NCBI RefSeq assembly: GCF_036321535.1
Contig: NC_087438.1
Location: 10,294,001 to 10,358,000 of the forward strand
DNA from: Camelus dromedarius
Taxonomy: Eukaryota
Direction: 5' to 3'
Length of the DNA: 64,000 bases
The notes under the pieces were generated by a model. The model had not been told where the DNA came from. It did not search any database and worked only from the letters and a program-made list of their open reading frames with translations. Within the stretch, counting starts at the first letter, position 1. Each line of letters begins with the position of its first letter. Positions 11,303-23,429 of this stretch are shown in pieces. The position numbers and the translations under genes were made by a program.

Positions 11303-14300
11303 GTCAGCCCCGGCCCGGGCCTCCTGGCGCCCTCCTCCCCGGTTAGGCCTCCATCCTCAGACGGGCAACTTCTGATGTTTCAGCAGATTGAGAACCACTT
11401 TCTAGTGATCGAAACAACCTCACCTTTTACTTAACAGTTTGTCTTAAAAAGAGAACCCCACAACCTCGTAAAAGTGTGTCACTCGGTGATTTTTGGGCTC
11501 AACACGTGTGCCCTCAGTGCTCCCCATGGCTGGCACCTCATGCTTGAGACCCACGGCGAAGTACAAATGGTCACGATCACGCTGAGTTAAAGTCCGTGTG
11601 GAATCTTGGTTCCGGGCTTGTGTAAATTCTATGGTGGGCAGTTTTTTTATGTTGCCGTATTTGTATTTTCAAGATAGAATTTTGTTCTTCAGATAAGTTG
11701 AGCTAAAATTAAGTAAGAAATGTGGAGAATTTCTGCTAGTTCAGTATAGTCAAAAAAGGTTCGTGCATTTGGCTGAGGCAGAGGCCTCGGGGGTGCATGT
11801 GCAGCGTCCTCTTCTGAAGTTACTTTGGGATCAGGGGCTTCTGCCTGGATTGTCTGTCATGGAAGATCATTTTAGGGTAGAGTCTATCTGATCCTAACTT
11901 GAACGCAAAGATTTCTGTCACTTGTGGCCTTAATTAACAGTAGCATAAGACTGTGTAAATTGTGAGTCTGGAACTCAGAGGGTCAGGAGGGTGTCAAGGG
12001 GAGGCTTGTTCCTGGGACCCCATGAGCCCTCTGGCGTCCCCTGCATCACAGGGGCCTCTTCAGGGCTGTTGGTCCCGGGTGACTCCATCTGACCTGCACT
12101 GTCTTCTGGGTCCACCTGGACTCTGGCGTGTGCCTGGTGCAGAGTAGGCACTCGATAAAGCCGTGTTAGGCCACGGCAGACCGCACGTTCCTCAGCACAG
12201 CTTCCCCACTTGGGGAGCGCATTTTGTCCCAGTTTAGTAAGCATCAGTCCCGAGCTGGGCGGCCTGGTCCCCAGAACTGCTCAGTTTCCCAGGGCATCAG
12301 CAGGAGACCACGGACCCCGGACGCGGCCTCTCCCACCCTGGCTGACTGGCCCAGGTGCAGTCATCAGATTCCCAGCAGGAGGGACAAGCAGGAGTGTATT
12401 TTAATGTCTAGGTTCCATGTTCTTAACATTTTATTTAAAGGTAATCCAACCATACTTCAGATTTATGGGGGCCTGATTTTATTCCTGATTAGAGATTATT
12501 TCATCATCTTTTCTCATGCCTTTATTATCTCTCTGTTGAAAGATGAAGAGTCATTCAGCTACAGAGAACAAAACTAAATAATTCCCTTGATGGAGAGAAA
12601 TAATGAAACGTGCAGTTGTTTTTTCCTTGAGTCCGCTCATTTGCCAAAAATAAAATCATTCAGTTCATGCCGTTACAGACGATGCCCTGTCAGCCCTGTG
12701 GCCCTGCTGGGTGCTGGTCTGTCCTGTAGCAGCGGTTCCACAGGAAGTGGCTTCTAGCAGACCCATCTTGGTGGTCGCAGGCTGACTTGCAGTTTTCAGG
12801 ATGGTGCCACCTGAGGCTATTGGTGGGGATGTGGCAGGTGACTTCCAGCTGCTCCCCGGGGCTGTCCGAGCCTGCATCCCTTATCTCCACCTCTGAATGT
12901 TGGCTCTCAGTCCAGGGCTTGTTCTTGTTTCTCTCTCCTTATCTCTTGCCGTTGGCATCTCCTGGCCCTGACCTCATTTCTGGTCTCCAGATTTACGGCC
13001 CCAGCTCCCTCCTTGCTTCTCTCCACTTAAGCCTTAACGAAAGCAGAACCAGACTCAAAACTTCCCCCCTTGCCTGATTCCTACCTTTCTCTCACCTGCC
13101 CACCTTCACCCCCTCCCTGGGGCCTGATGTGGCCTGTCTGCCCTCCCTCCGCCCCTCCAGAGCCATCACAGGAGAAAACCCAGTGTGTCCTGCCTGCAGC
13201 TCTGAACCGGTGTGCTGACTGGTGTTGCTTCTCCCACTCACTGTCCACTCCAGTCTCTTTTCCCCACCGTCCTAGACAGAAGTCCAAGATCCACCTGTGA
13301 CCACCAAGGGCCCCCGCCGTCCTTCGCATCCTGCCCCTCAGCACGCGCCCCCTTTCCTCCCTAGCCCACCCCTTCTCAGCCTGCGGGCCCCTGCTTAAGA
13401 TTAGGCACCCTCACTGGCCTCCCCACTCTCTCACTGGTCCTTTGTGCATGTTTCTTCCCAGTCACACGGGCAGGGCTGGAGCCTCTCCCACCCCCAGCCC
13501 CAAACAGGCACGATTAGCTCTATGAATGGGAGAACTAGGGACCTTTGAATAAACTGAGCAAAATGGCTTTCTGCCTTGATTCAGTATCAGTGTCAACATT
13601 GTTTCGGAGACGGGATGGCCATGCTTGGGCGGGTATAGCAAAAGTAAATTCTCAGCCAGGAAGCCGCATGGTAAGTAACCCGGGTTGTGCTTTCCTTTTT
13701 GTTTTTTCTTCTAAAATGCCATCAGATGTGTGACATCTAAAAGAGACAGTGATGTTTCTTTTCCAACAGCAGCAAATTGCAGCGGATGACTCAGTTTACG
13801 AAGGGCAGATAGAAAAATGTCTATGTTTTTATTCTTTCTTTTTCCCATGATATTGCTTTTTTAGATGTGTATGTTTAAATAAGTCTGATTTCACTTCGGA
13901 TAGGTGAAAACAGAAGAAAAAAATGGCTTCCATCTAAAAACAAAAGAACATGAGTTAGACTGTCATTCTGGTTTTGTTGCAACCTGAGCCTGCGGGTCTC
14001 CTCCCAGGTGTGGTCAGCTCTCTCCTACAGCTGGGAGGTTAAGCCACATCTCCAGCCTGTGTCTCCCAGTGCGCATTTATGCATATGGGGGCCCTCTGCA
14101 GGGGCCCCCGGAGAGCAAGTAAAGTGGACACACACCTGAGTACTTGCCGAAGGCAGGGCTAGGAAGAAAGACCTGAAGTTACACGTTGGAAAGGTGGGGA
14201 TTTGCATCTGCTTTATGTTTCATTTTGTAGTTAGGACACCCCAGTAAGGGCCTAAAGTCCCAGGGACGGGAGCATCTCACTGCTTCATCTCACCCCTTAC

Positions 14301-14584
14301 CCACACGGTCTCGGTGTTCTTCAAGGCGGCTGTTCGTGGTACTCAGAAACTCTTGAACTTATTGCTGCCTAAGTGACCTGATTACAGTTTTCTAGAATGT
14401 CCTTTTTTCCTTTTAATTTCGGAATTAAGATACATGTTTGAGAAGCGCGTCTCTCTCTGAGGGAGTGTTTGTTGACGTGTGCCAGCCCGGGATCGTGACT
14501 TCACGTTTAAATGAGAGTCCGAGGCATCGGGACTCCCTGCCCTGGGTTCCGCTGTGAACGCTTTTCCTCTCCTTCCCGCTCTAG

Positions 14585-14707
14585 GCTTTGGAGTGGATCC
14601 ACGACAACGGGGAGTTCTACCTTTCCACGCACACCTCCACGGGCTCGAGCATCCAGCACACCCAGGAGCTGCTGAAGGAGCACGAGGAGTTTCAGATAAC
14701 CGCGAAG
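14585..14707 (+). CDS. TRIO: TRIO coding exon (~exon 21), spectrin repeat; followed by a GC donor
   Basis: ctctag|GCT...AAG|gcaagt; ALEWIHDNGEFYLSTHTSTGSSIQHTQELLKEHEEFQITAK; 123 nt. Confidence 0.95.
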
Positions 14708-16333
14708 GCAAGTGCACTGCTGTCCAGGGGCCCGGAGGTCTGCCTGGGCTTTTCCAGAATAGCCTAGAGCAGGATGCTTCCTGTAACTAAGGTATTGCTT
14801 TAAAATACTGCTTAAGAAACAAATACCTTATGGAATTGGAGGACCAGGGTGCACCCAGTGGCCTGTTAGACGTGAACGCAGCGGTAATTCTAAAGCCTTC
14901 ACACCTGTCCCGAGCTGTCCCTTCGTTTCTCTTTCCTGTCGTTCCTCTGATTCTTGCAGATGCCTCCTGCCTCCTTCCTTTAAGTTTTTCTTTCTTCTTT
15001 GTCCTTTTCCTGATTCTTCCCTTCGTTTTCTGTCCATTTTCTTTTCCGAGGTGTTTTCCGAGTGCTTGCTGTTTTTAATGGAGCACCGGTGTTAGCAGCC
15101 TGACTTAGATGTATGGGCTGCGTGTTTTCTTCCCTTGCCTTTAGGCGATGAAAATCGTTGCAGTAGCATCGGGTCCAGCCTCCTGCATGAAGCTGCCTGT
15201 GTTTCGTAGTTGCAGAGTTTGGGTCGATTAGCTCTCAGTGGCTGCTCATGAGTTTACAAAACTGGAGGCTTTTTCACTTTTCTGCTGAAATTCAAAATTG
15301 AATTAAATACATCCTTCTGGCTTGTGCGCTGCATGTGACTGTATTTTTAAGCCGATATGTAAGAATTTACACAGTGACGTGAAAGTTTTCCAAATTAAAG
15401 TATACCCGGCAGAAGTTGGTTCCTTTTACCTCCAAACAATTTTGAGGCTTTCAGGCTTCCGTTCTCAACCTGTGGTGTTTTTGTTTTTCAAAGTTTTGAA
15501 TATACATTCTTTGTACTATTTGCAGAAGTGCCTCTGTTTTGATGATAGATTTAAATTTTTAGAAAAACTGGAAATTAATTCAAATTTAAGAGTGAGAAAT
15601 AAATGATCAAGCTGAGTAATAATTTTGGTTAAAAGGAGGTGTTCCTAGAAAGTATAAAATGATTGATTTTCTTGTGTGGCCCTTAAATTGGCTTTGGAAA
15701 CAAATCAATGGGGACTTTTTAAATCATTTGGAATGACAGCAGCTCCTTTGTATTATGTTTTTTAGTAGTTTTTTATATTTTCTGTAACAATTTCTGACTC
15801 ATCCTGCTGGCCTTCCCGAGCCTCTGCTCCTGGTTGCCCCCCCGCCCCCACCACCCTGGCCAAGCTGTAAGTTTATTTATTTATTCAGCCTCTTAATGCT
15901 GGGCTGTGGGAACCCCTGGTCTCTGTTCTGGAGGAGCACCCAGTCTCAGTGGGGCTGCAGACAGACTGACCACCGCGGGGCTCGATGGGGATACCTGGGG
16001 GAGGCCAGGACCACACCCAGAGGGGCCATGAGCACTCTGAGGAGGCACCTACCCACCTGCTTGGTTGAGGGGAGCTGAGCTGTCCTGCCTCTGCAGGTAA
16101 GGAGCATGTCTTTCCCTTCCTCTAGATACAGCACGCCTTTGGCTGTGTAATTCTCATTTTTGTTAATAGGTAGATAATAAGTATAGTTATTCTCTGCGTT
16201 ACATGATTTACTTTTTTTTTTAAAATGTCCTTGATTATAAAGATAGTAAGAAAAATCCTAAGATACCTCTCCAAGGTAGATTTAAGATGTGCTTCTTTTC
16301 ACTGACTTAAATTTCCATCAATGTTCCACTCTG

Positions 16334-16444
16334 CAGACTGTGTACAGCCAAATAGTCCATTTACTGCACAACTCCAGGGGGCGCCATGCACACAGAATGT
16401 AATGTGAACATCACTGTCTAGAGCTGAGTAGCAGGGTAGCCTGT
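16334..16444. mobile_element. MER91-like hAT MITE carrying a CTCF-like core
   Basis: tgcacaactccagggggcgccatgcacacagaatgtaatgtgaa matches the MER91 palindromic core as recalled. Confidence 0.65.
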
Positions 16445-17017
16445 TCCACCGTCGGAGCCTATACTAAAGGATTTTCCCATTATTCCTAAATTTCCCTTTT
16501 CCTCAAACTCGGGTTATGGTTTTGGAAGAATGAACAGTAACAGGCTTATTTTTACCCTTACATTTTATTTAAAAATAAGCATCTAAAATCATAGGTGGCA
16601 TCTGACCCTTATGTTTCCCAAATATACGGAACGGTTCCTTTCATTGGGTGTTTCATTGAATCAGTTTTGCTGACAGAAATTGGTAGATTTTGAAAAGAAC
16701 ACCTCTCACTTTTTTTTTCCCTTAGCATTTTCCCCTTTGGTTTCTGGCTGCCTTTCTTTTAATCAGAAAGCACCTGCTTTGGTGCTTGGAGACATCATTT
16801 AGTTTTTCTTGTTGAAATGAAGTTCTTGCTTACCTTCTGTCCCCCTATCTTAGTGTCTTCTAAGAAGCCACTTTTATTATGTAGAGAATCCTTTGCTCTG
16901 ATGTGGCTTCTTCCAGTCTGGTTGTTACATAATTAGTGTTGTAACATTTTTTGTGTTAGTGGAAATAAAGCCTCACCCAACTAGCTAAGACATAGCTTGA
17001 GTCCTTTGCAACCCAAG

Positions 17018-17205
17018 GCAGTAATTTCTCAAAATGCTTTTGCAAGCACTACATGCACCCAGGCCACGGCATTTACTTAAAAGCAGGTATCTGTCCCCAC
17101 CTGACACGTATTGACTTGGACTCTCTAGGAGCGAGGCCTGAAAGGGAGCAAGTTTAGAAAGCTCCCTGGGTGATTTTTTTGCACACTGAAGCTGGAAATC
17201 CACTG
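17018..17205. mobile_element. MER5A-like hAT-Charlie MITE
   Basis: cagtaatttctcaaa...aagctccctgggtgatttttttgcacactgaagctggaaatccactg. Confidence 0.55.
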
Positions 17206-17484
17206 CCTCACTAAGACTTTCTAAACTTCATGCTTCTACCCCCACGGACACTGCATTCCCCATCTTCAGTGTCCTCAGCGCCAGATGCCTTACGTTGCCA
17301 GGAAGTGCCCAAGACCATCGAATGTGCAGCCTTTTTGGGTTTCTGATTACCAGAGAGGTCGGCAAGTCTTTCGAGCATGTGGGCTTAAGCGTTCAGCCTG
17401 CCTTTGTTTTTCTCTAGTTCCTTGATTACACCTAAAGATGAGGTAGTTCAGATTAGAGTTTGTATATTTTTAAAATAAAAATCT

Positions 17485-17790
17485 GCTACCACTGCCCACC
17501 TAACATTGAAAAGACTGACCATGTCAGATGTTGGCAAGAAGAATAGGAACCCTCACATACCCTTGGTGGGAATGCCAAACCATAGGACACCTGTGGTGTA
17601 CGGTTTGGCAGTTTCCTAAAACTTTAATCATACACCTTTCATGGAGTCCTGCCGTGTCCCTTCCTCCATACTAATCCAAGAGAGAGGGAAGCCAAAGAAG
17701 AGCCAGACACACTGTGTGATTCAGTTTGTATAAAGGTCTGGAAACGCTGTTATCTGTGACAGAAAATAGATCAGTGGCTGCTTGAAGACT
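17485..17790 (+). mobile_element. Old L1 (L1ME/MD-like) ORF2-end/3'UTR fragment
   Basis: aaagactgac...tgttggcaag...ggaaccctcacatac...ggtgggaatg...gtttggcagtttcctaaaact; tgtgtgattcagtttgtataa. Confidence 0.6.
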
Positions 17791-18534
17791 GTGGTCTCAA
17801 CAGAAATCTCTAGAAAGTAATATTTCTCCAAATCAGGGTGTGGACCTTATGCATCAGGATTAACCAGAAGGACTTACTGTAAAATTCAGTCTTAAGTTCC
17901 CACTAACGCAGAGGTTGGTTAGGAAAAAGAACTTAAATAGCACAGAGTAAGCACAATTTTGAAAACAGGCATGTTTGCTCTACTCAGGTTTGTGCTCGTT
18001 GGGTCGTGGGCATGTGGTAAGTTGACTGATGGCCTGATTTAAGAGTACAGGGCAAAAGGAGAAAGAAAAATTATGTAAATTCATTGAGGCTCTTTTTTTC
18101 GTATAAAATCTGAGATAATAAAACTTCAGAATTTGTAAAGGAAAAAAATAAAGAATAGAAAATAAAAATCTGCTTTCATAACAATCTCTCGTGCAAACAA
18201 GGAGGCTGCTGCGCCCCGCAGTGACGGGTTGCACAAGCTGTTACATGAACAGCGCTGGGTGCCGAGCAGGGCTTATCACAGGCGAGCGTTTATGTCAGAA
18301 ATGGAAGAGAGAAAAAATACACATCCACATCCACGCACTTGCTTGAACCTAACGAAACCTCTTGGGAATGACACACCAGAACAGCGACACACGCGCTAAC
18401 TGGAGTGAGAAGACTTTGCACTTTGTATCCTTTCACACCTTTTGAATTTTGAGTTGTGTGAAAGCGTTTAAGAATACAGTTAAAATAAAAATCATGGGTT
18501 AGCAGATTCGTCCCACTTAATTTTAACCACACCA

Positions 18535-18740
18535 TTCATTCATTCAACAATTTTTAATTGAGTCCCATCTATGTACCAGGAACTACACTGGGTGCTGGAC
18601 TCATGGACAACACGTGCTAGTTAGAGAAACCAGCATAACATGATAAATGAGTAAATATATGTACGTACATGTTAAATAAGAGAAAAAGACAGCCACGGGG
18701 AGAGGAGGATTGCCATCTTTGATAGCAGGCGTCACCGAGA
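18535..18740 (-). mobile_element. L2 3' end
   Basis: ttcattcattcaacaatttttaattgagtcccatctatgtaccagg, the reverse complement of the L2 terminus. Confidence 0.65.
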
Positions 18741-19065
18741 AGCTGTTGACCATCTCATTAGCATTTTTTGTTTAAATGACATTTACACATGGACAATTTA
18801 TCGATCTACCAGGCCTTGAATATAGGAAATCTTTGTTCTACTTCTGGTTTCATATAATCAGAATCAGCCTATTGATGTTACATGCTGGCAACTAATCTGT
18901 TTTGTCTCGTGTGTTAGACCTAGTACACAGAAATCTTCCTTTAGTTTCTTGGTCGCTTTTGTTTTTTGTTTTAATTTTAGCAAGCCACGTTGTCTTTTTT
19001 GTCTTCACTTCTGTGTCCCCACCACTTAAAACATGAAATAACTTTCTTAACCCCTTAAAGATACA

Positions 19066-19267
19066 CAGTTGGCCCTTGAACAACGTGGGTTTGAGCTGTG
19101 TGGGTCCCTTGATACTCGGGTTTCTTTCAGTAACTGTGTCCTACAGTATTGCATGGTCCGAAGTTGGCTCAGTCTGTGGATGTGGACTGTTTTGGGGGGG
19201 TCGGGGGGGAGTGAGAAATAAGGTAGGGGTCAGTGCCCCAACCCTTGAGTTGCTCAAGTGTCAGCTA
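19066..19267. mobile_element. Tigger2-derived MITE (MER8-like)
   Basis: TIRs cagttggcccttgaacaac ... gttgctcaagtgtcagct. Confidence 0.75.
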
Positions 19268-19882
19268 TTTGCAGTGCCCTTCATGACAGTGGAAAAGAAA
19301 TGCTTAAATGGTGGTAAAACACAACTTTTCTATGCTTTTCGAAAGGTTAATATCTTGACAAATAGCAGCAAAACCTTCTCTAGGCAACCTGATTTTTTTT
19401 AAATCCTGTATATGTCATGTTAATTCCCTCTGACACTGAAATTTAGTGATGTTTCTAACTTACATCCTTTTTGAAATTTATGCTCCCAAGTCTGAAGCTT
19501 TGACTATTTTCTTGGTGTGTAATTAGGCCCGTCTTAACACAGCCAGAAAGGTGTCATATTGATACCAAGCCTGGAGGTTTGTTTGACAGACATTTTCCTT
19601 CTAGCCTGCTCTGCTTGAGTTCATTTCCACACAAGACGAAGGCCCTAAAAATTTTCAGAGTGTTTTAAGTTTTGCTGACTTTCTCCAATAAACAGCTTTG
19701 ATACAGTTCGCAAAAGTGATTTCTTTTTCCCCCACAGATATTAGTGATATTAGTCCCTTGAGCTCTGTTTTCCTGTGTGTTTTGGTAAAGTGTACTCATG
19801 CCAGTTCACAGTAACTACCACTCCCATTAAAGTTACAGGTGTATACACGCTTACATAGGAACCTAATGTTAATTTATTATCT

Positions 19883-20240
19883 CAGTAAATATTTGTGAGT
19901 GTCCACCATGTGCCGGACACAAAAAAAGTGTGTGAGATATTAGTGAGCAAAACCAACACACACCCCTGGTCAGTGGCAGGTACATGTTCTCACCAGAGGG
20001 GAGACAGAAAGTATCTTGACAAGTAAATTACACCAACTTGGAGGTGATGCGCTCTTTGCGGCAGAGCAGAGGGAGGGAGGGAGGGAGGGAGCCCGGGGCA
20101 GGGAGGCAAGTTGCACTTCTAAGGGAGTCAGGGGGGCCCATTGAGAAGTGACCTTTATTTCAGCAAAGACTTGAAGGAGCCGTTGAGACATCTAGGGGAA
20201 TAGCATCCTGGCGGAAGGGGCACCGTGCACAGAACGTGCA
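19883..20240 (-). mobile_element. L2 fragment
   Basis: cagtaaatatttgtgagtgtccaccatgtgccggacac...cagcaaagacttgaagga...ggggaatagcatcctggc. Confidence 0.55.
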
Positions 20241-21438
20241 CAGAACAGAAGGCGAGCAAGCCTGGAGTGGGGGTGGGTGAGCTGGACCCTGTTGGGGAGG
20301 CCTGGAGGTTCATGCAGGGTTGAGGGATGTTAACAGCTGGCTCTGCCGGCTGCCTAGTGAGTTCTGGTCAAAACTTTTATTGTACAAACTAAGATAGTTT
20401 ATCCAGGTTTTGAACCCTGACCTTCTCCCTTTGAGAGATTTTTAAAGTCAATTTCCTGAATATTAGTCATAACGATTTTCTAGTTAAAGCCTGAGAAAAG
20501 CAGGTCCCGTAGCAGAAGAGAAACGCTGCTCATGTGAAATGCCAGCGGGAGTGTTGAAGGAAGCCTACAGTAATAACAGATGAAATGGTAACAATCTATA
20601 AGCAGCAAGGAATAATAAATGAAGTAGATGTGGCAAAAGATCTGTTGGAAAACCGGAGTTGAGAGAAGTTCCTGCCATATCTATGTAGAGAGAACCAGTG
20701 TCTTATGGTCATCCCTAGCTATAAAAAGCAAGAAAATTGTACTTAAAGCTCTTTTCTAAATACATATAAAATGAAATAAATTTATTTTTAAGAGAAAGTT
20801 TATTAACAAGGAACAAGTTTAAATTACCTCTGTGAAGCCGCCTTCCTGACTACTGTCGCCTTCTCCGGATCTACTGAGAACTGAAGCATTGGTGAACGCT
20901 CCGTGGTGGGGCTTCCTCAGGGATTTGGCTGTGTCTGCAGGGGGCCCTTTGTCACACAGGCTTCAGGAAAACCAGGCTCTCAGCTGGCTGCCCCCCTAAA
21001 AGAGCTCTCAGTCTCACTGGGGACATGGAGTAAACAAGTGTGAGACCAGGCGGTGTCCTTGTAACCAGCACATACGGCCTTCATGGGAGAAGAGTCAGGG
21101 GGTTGCTGGCTGACCATCCTGTGTGCATGTTCGCCTGCTCATTCTGCAGATTTTGACTGAGCATCTCCTAGATGAAGACATTGTCTGAAGGCAGCCTGGA
21201 CTTTTTCCTTGAGGTCATAGAAATGGCCTTCATTGTGGTGGGAGAGCCGAGGCAGGTTAGCCAGTCTAGAATTAGGGAGATGAATTTGATGGACTGAGGG
21301 TTTTCGTCTCGGTTTCTGCCGCCAGCAGTGATTTTCCTGTTCAGAGCTCCGAGTTGTAGGCAAGTTGCCACTGTGTTTCTGGTTTCTGGCGGTTGGGTTC
21401 ATTTGCTTCACAATACTTTCCTGTTGTTTTTTTTGCAG

Positions 21439-21633
21439 CAAACCAAAGAGAGAGTGAAGCTATTGATACAGCTGGCCGATGGCTTTTGTGAAAAGGGGCA
21501 TGCCCATGCGGCCGAGATAAAAAAATGTGTCACTGCAGTGGATAAGAGGTACAGAGATTTCTCTCTGCGGATGGAGAAGTACAGGACCTCTTTGGAGAAA
21601 GCCCTGGGGATTTCTTCAGATTCCAACAAATCG
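21439..21633 (+). CDS. TRIO: TRIO coding exon (~exon 22), last spectrin repeat
   Basis: ttgcag|CAA...TCG|gtaaat; QTKERVKLLIQLADGFCEKGHAHAAEIKKCVTAVDKRYRDFSLRMEKYRTSLEKALGISSDSNKS; 195 nt. Confidence 0.97.
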
Positions 21634-21731
21634 GTAAATTGCTTTGTGCAAACTGAATAAATTACCGTTTTCTTCTTCGTGTTCTGTTTGTCGATTTAAT
21701 TAACTGAAGTTCATTGACTCCCTTATTCCAG

Positions 21732-21847
21732 AGTAAAAGTCTTCAGCTCGATATAATTCCAGCCAGTATCCCTGGGTCAGAGGTGAAGCTTCGTGATGCC
21801 ACTCATGAGCTTAATGAAGAGAAACGGAAGTCTGCGCGCCGGAAAGA
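21732..21847 (+). CDS. TRIO: TRIO coding exon (~exon 23), linker into DH1
   Basis: ttccag|AGT...GA|gtaagc; SKSLQLDIIPASIPGSEVKLRDATHELNEEKRKSARRK(E); 116 nt; preceded by a 98-nt intron. Confidence 0.96.
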
Positions 21848-22220
21848 GTAAGCTAGTGTTTAAGAACCTGCCAGGATTCATGGAGAGAGTGAAGAAATGT
21901 CACTGGGCAGACATGCTTGCTTCTGTGTGTGCTTTGAAACCGAACAGCATTCATCCTTTGCTCTGCTCTGAATGCGCTTAGTTTCTGCAGCACAATCTCC
22001 ACAGTTCCCCTCGTCGCCTGATTCAGAAACACTGTCTTGTTTTTGTCCATGTGCCCCCATTTCGTATGGGGTTGACAACTTGTTTTAGTGTCATTTGTCC
22101 TCAGTAGGACATGAATGATAATACTAAGGAGAAGAAATCAGTAACACAAGTGCAGATGTTGGAAGCTGCCAGTTAGCAAGTGACACTAGGTATCAATAGC
22201 GACAAAAGATTGCTTTAAAC

Positions 22221-22417
22221 CGGTGGTTCTCAGTTGGGCACTGCTTTGTCCCCCCGGAGGGACACTTGGCAATGTGTGGAGACATTTTCAGTTGTCACAC
22301 AGTGGGGGCTGGGGAAGTGCTACTGGCATCTCGTGGGCGGAGACTGGGGATGCTTCTGAACGTTTCGTAATGCACAGGACAGCCCCAAATGTCAGCAGTG
22401 CCAGGTGGAGGAGCCCC
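22221..22417. mobile_element. MER20 hAT-Charlie MITE
   Basis: gtggttctca...gggacacttggcaatgtgtggagacattttcagttgtcaca...tgctactggcatctcgtggg...taatgcacaggacagcccc. Confidence 0.85.
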
Positions 22418-22643
22418 CATCTGAAGGTGCCTCACCCACATTTTTTCCAAAGTGTTTTTTCCTTTGAATTGGTGACTGGCTACTGTTCTTCTTCTGTCTG
22501 TTCTTGATTTAGTTCTCCAGAGCGCATCACTGACTAACGCTTTTAAAACCACCTTGTCATTTCATAAGCCATGAAAGTGAGTAGTTAAAATAAGCATGTG
22601 TCCTGGCTGAACTAAACCATTCACCGTCTCCCTCTGTTTTAAG

Positions 22644-22710
22644 GTTCATAATGGCTGAGCTCATTCAGACTGAAAAGGCTTACGTAAGAGACCTCCGGGA
22701 GTGTATGGAT
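22644..22710 (+). CDS. TRIO: TRIO coding exon (~exon 24), start of DH1
   Basis: ttttaag|G TTC...GAT|gtaagt; FIMAELIQTEKAYVRDLRECMD; 67 nt. Confidence 0.96.
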
Positions 22711-23319
22711 GTAAGTAAGTTTTGTTGCTTGTTTATTTCGACTGCGTGTTGTCCTGCGGTTTATTCTTACCTGCTGGCAGTTCTTAAAATGATCACACAT
22801 TTGGTAGTGGTAGTTGAGATTTAAAGTGTGCATGAGCGGCCTTCTGTGTGTGCTTCTGCACTTCTGTGAAGTTCTAGGCGTGTTTTGGCTCATTGCAGAG
22901 ATGATACAGCATTAATGCTCTCATTCCTTTAGTCACATGATGGCCTGGCTGACAGTCTGTTTGTGTAGAATTTTACAGCAGCTTCAGAGAAACGCGCCTA
23001 CCGATTATGATTGGCAACGGATGCTCAGTAGTTTAGCGAATATTTGTTGTACCTTGTGGACTAGGTTAATTCCAAAATTTGAAACCGAGAATATGCTTAG
23101 AGCTGAAAAGTATAGAAGCTATTCTCAGGTATTAATAGCAAAATTGGTTTTTTGGTTTTTTTTAAATAGTTTCTCATGTTGTTTTGTAAAAGGTTCCACT
23201 CCTAAGATACATTTTCCATTACACATTAACTCCGGGTATGTATTTACAGGTATCAGGAGTAGCTGTTCTTGAAAACGTGTGGGTTTTTGTCTAACCCTCT
23301 CCGTTTCCCTCCCGGCCAG

Positions 23320-23429
23320 ACCTACCTATGGGAAATGACCAGCGGCGTGGAGGAGATCCCGCCTGGCATTGTGAACAAAGAGCTCATTATCTTCGGGAAC
23401 ATGCAGGAAATCTATGAATTTCACAATAA
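23320..23429 (+). CDS. TRIO: TRIO coding exon (~exon 25), DH1
   Basis: ggccag|ACC...AA|gtgagt; [36 protein letters not shown](N); 110 nt. Confidence 0.96.
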
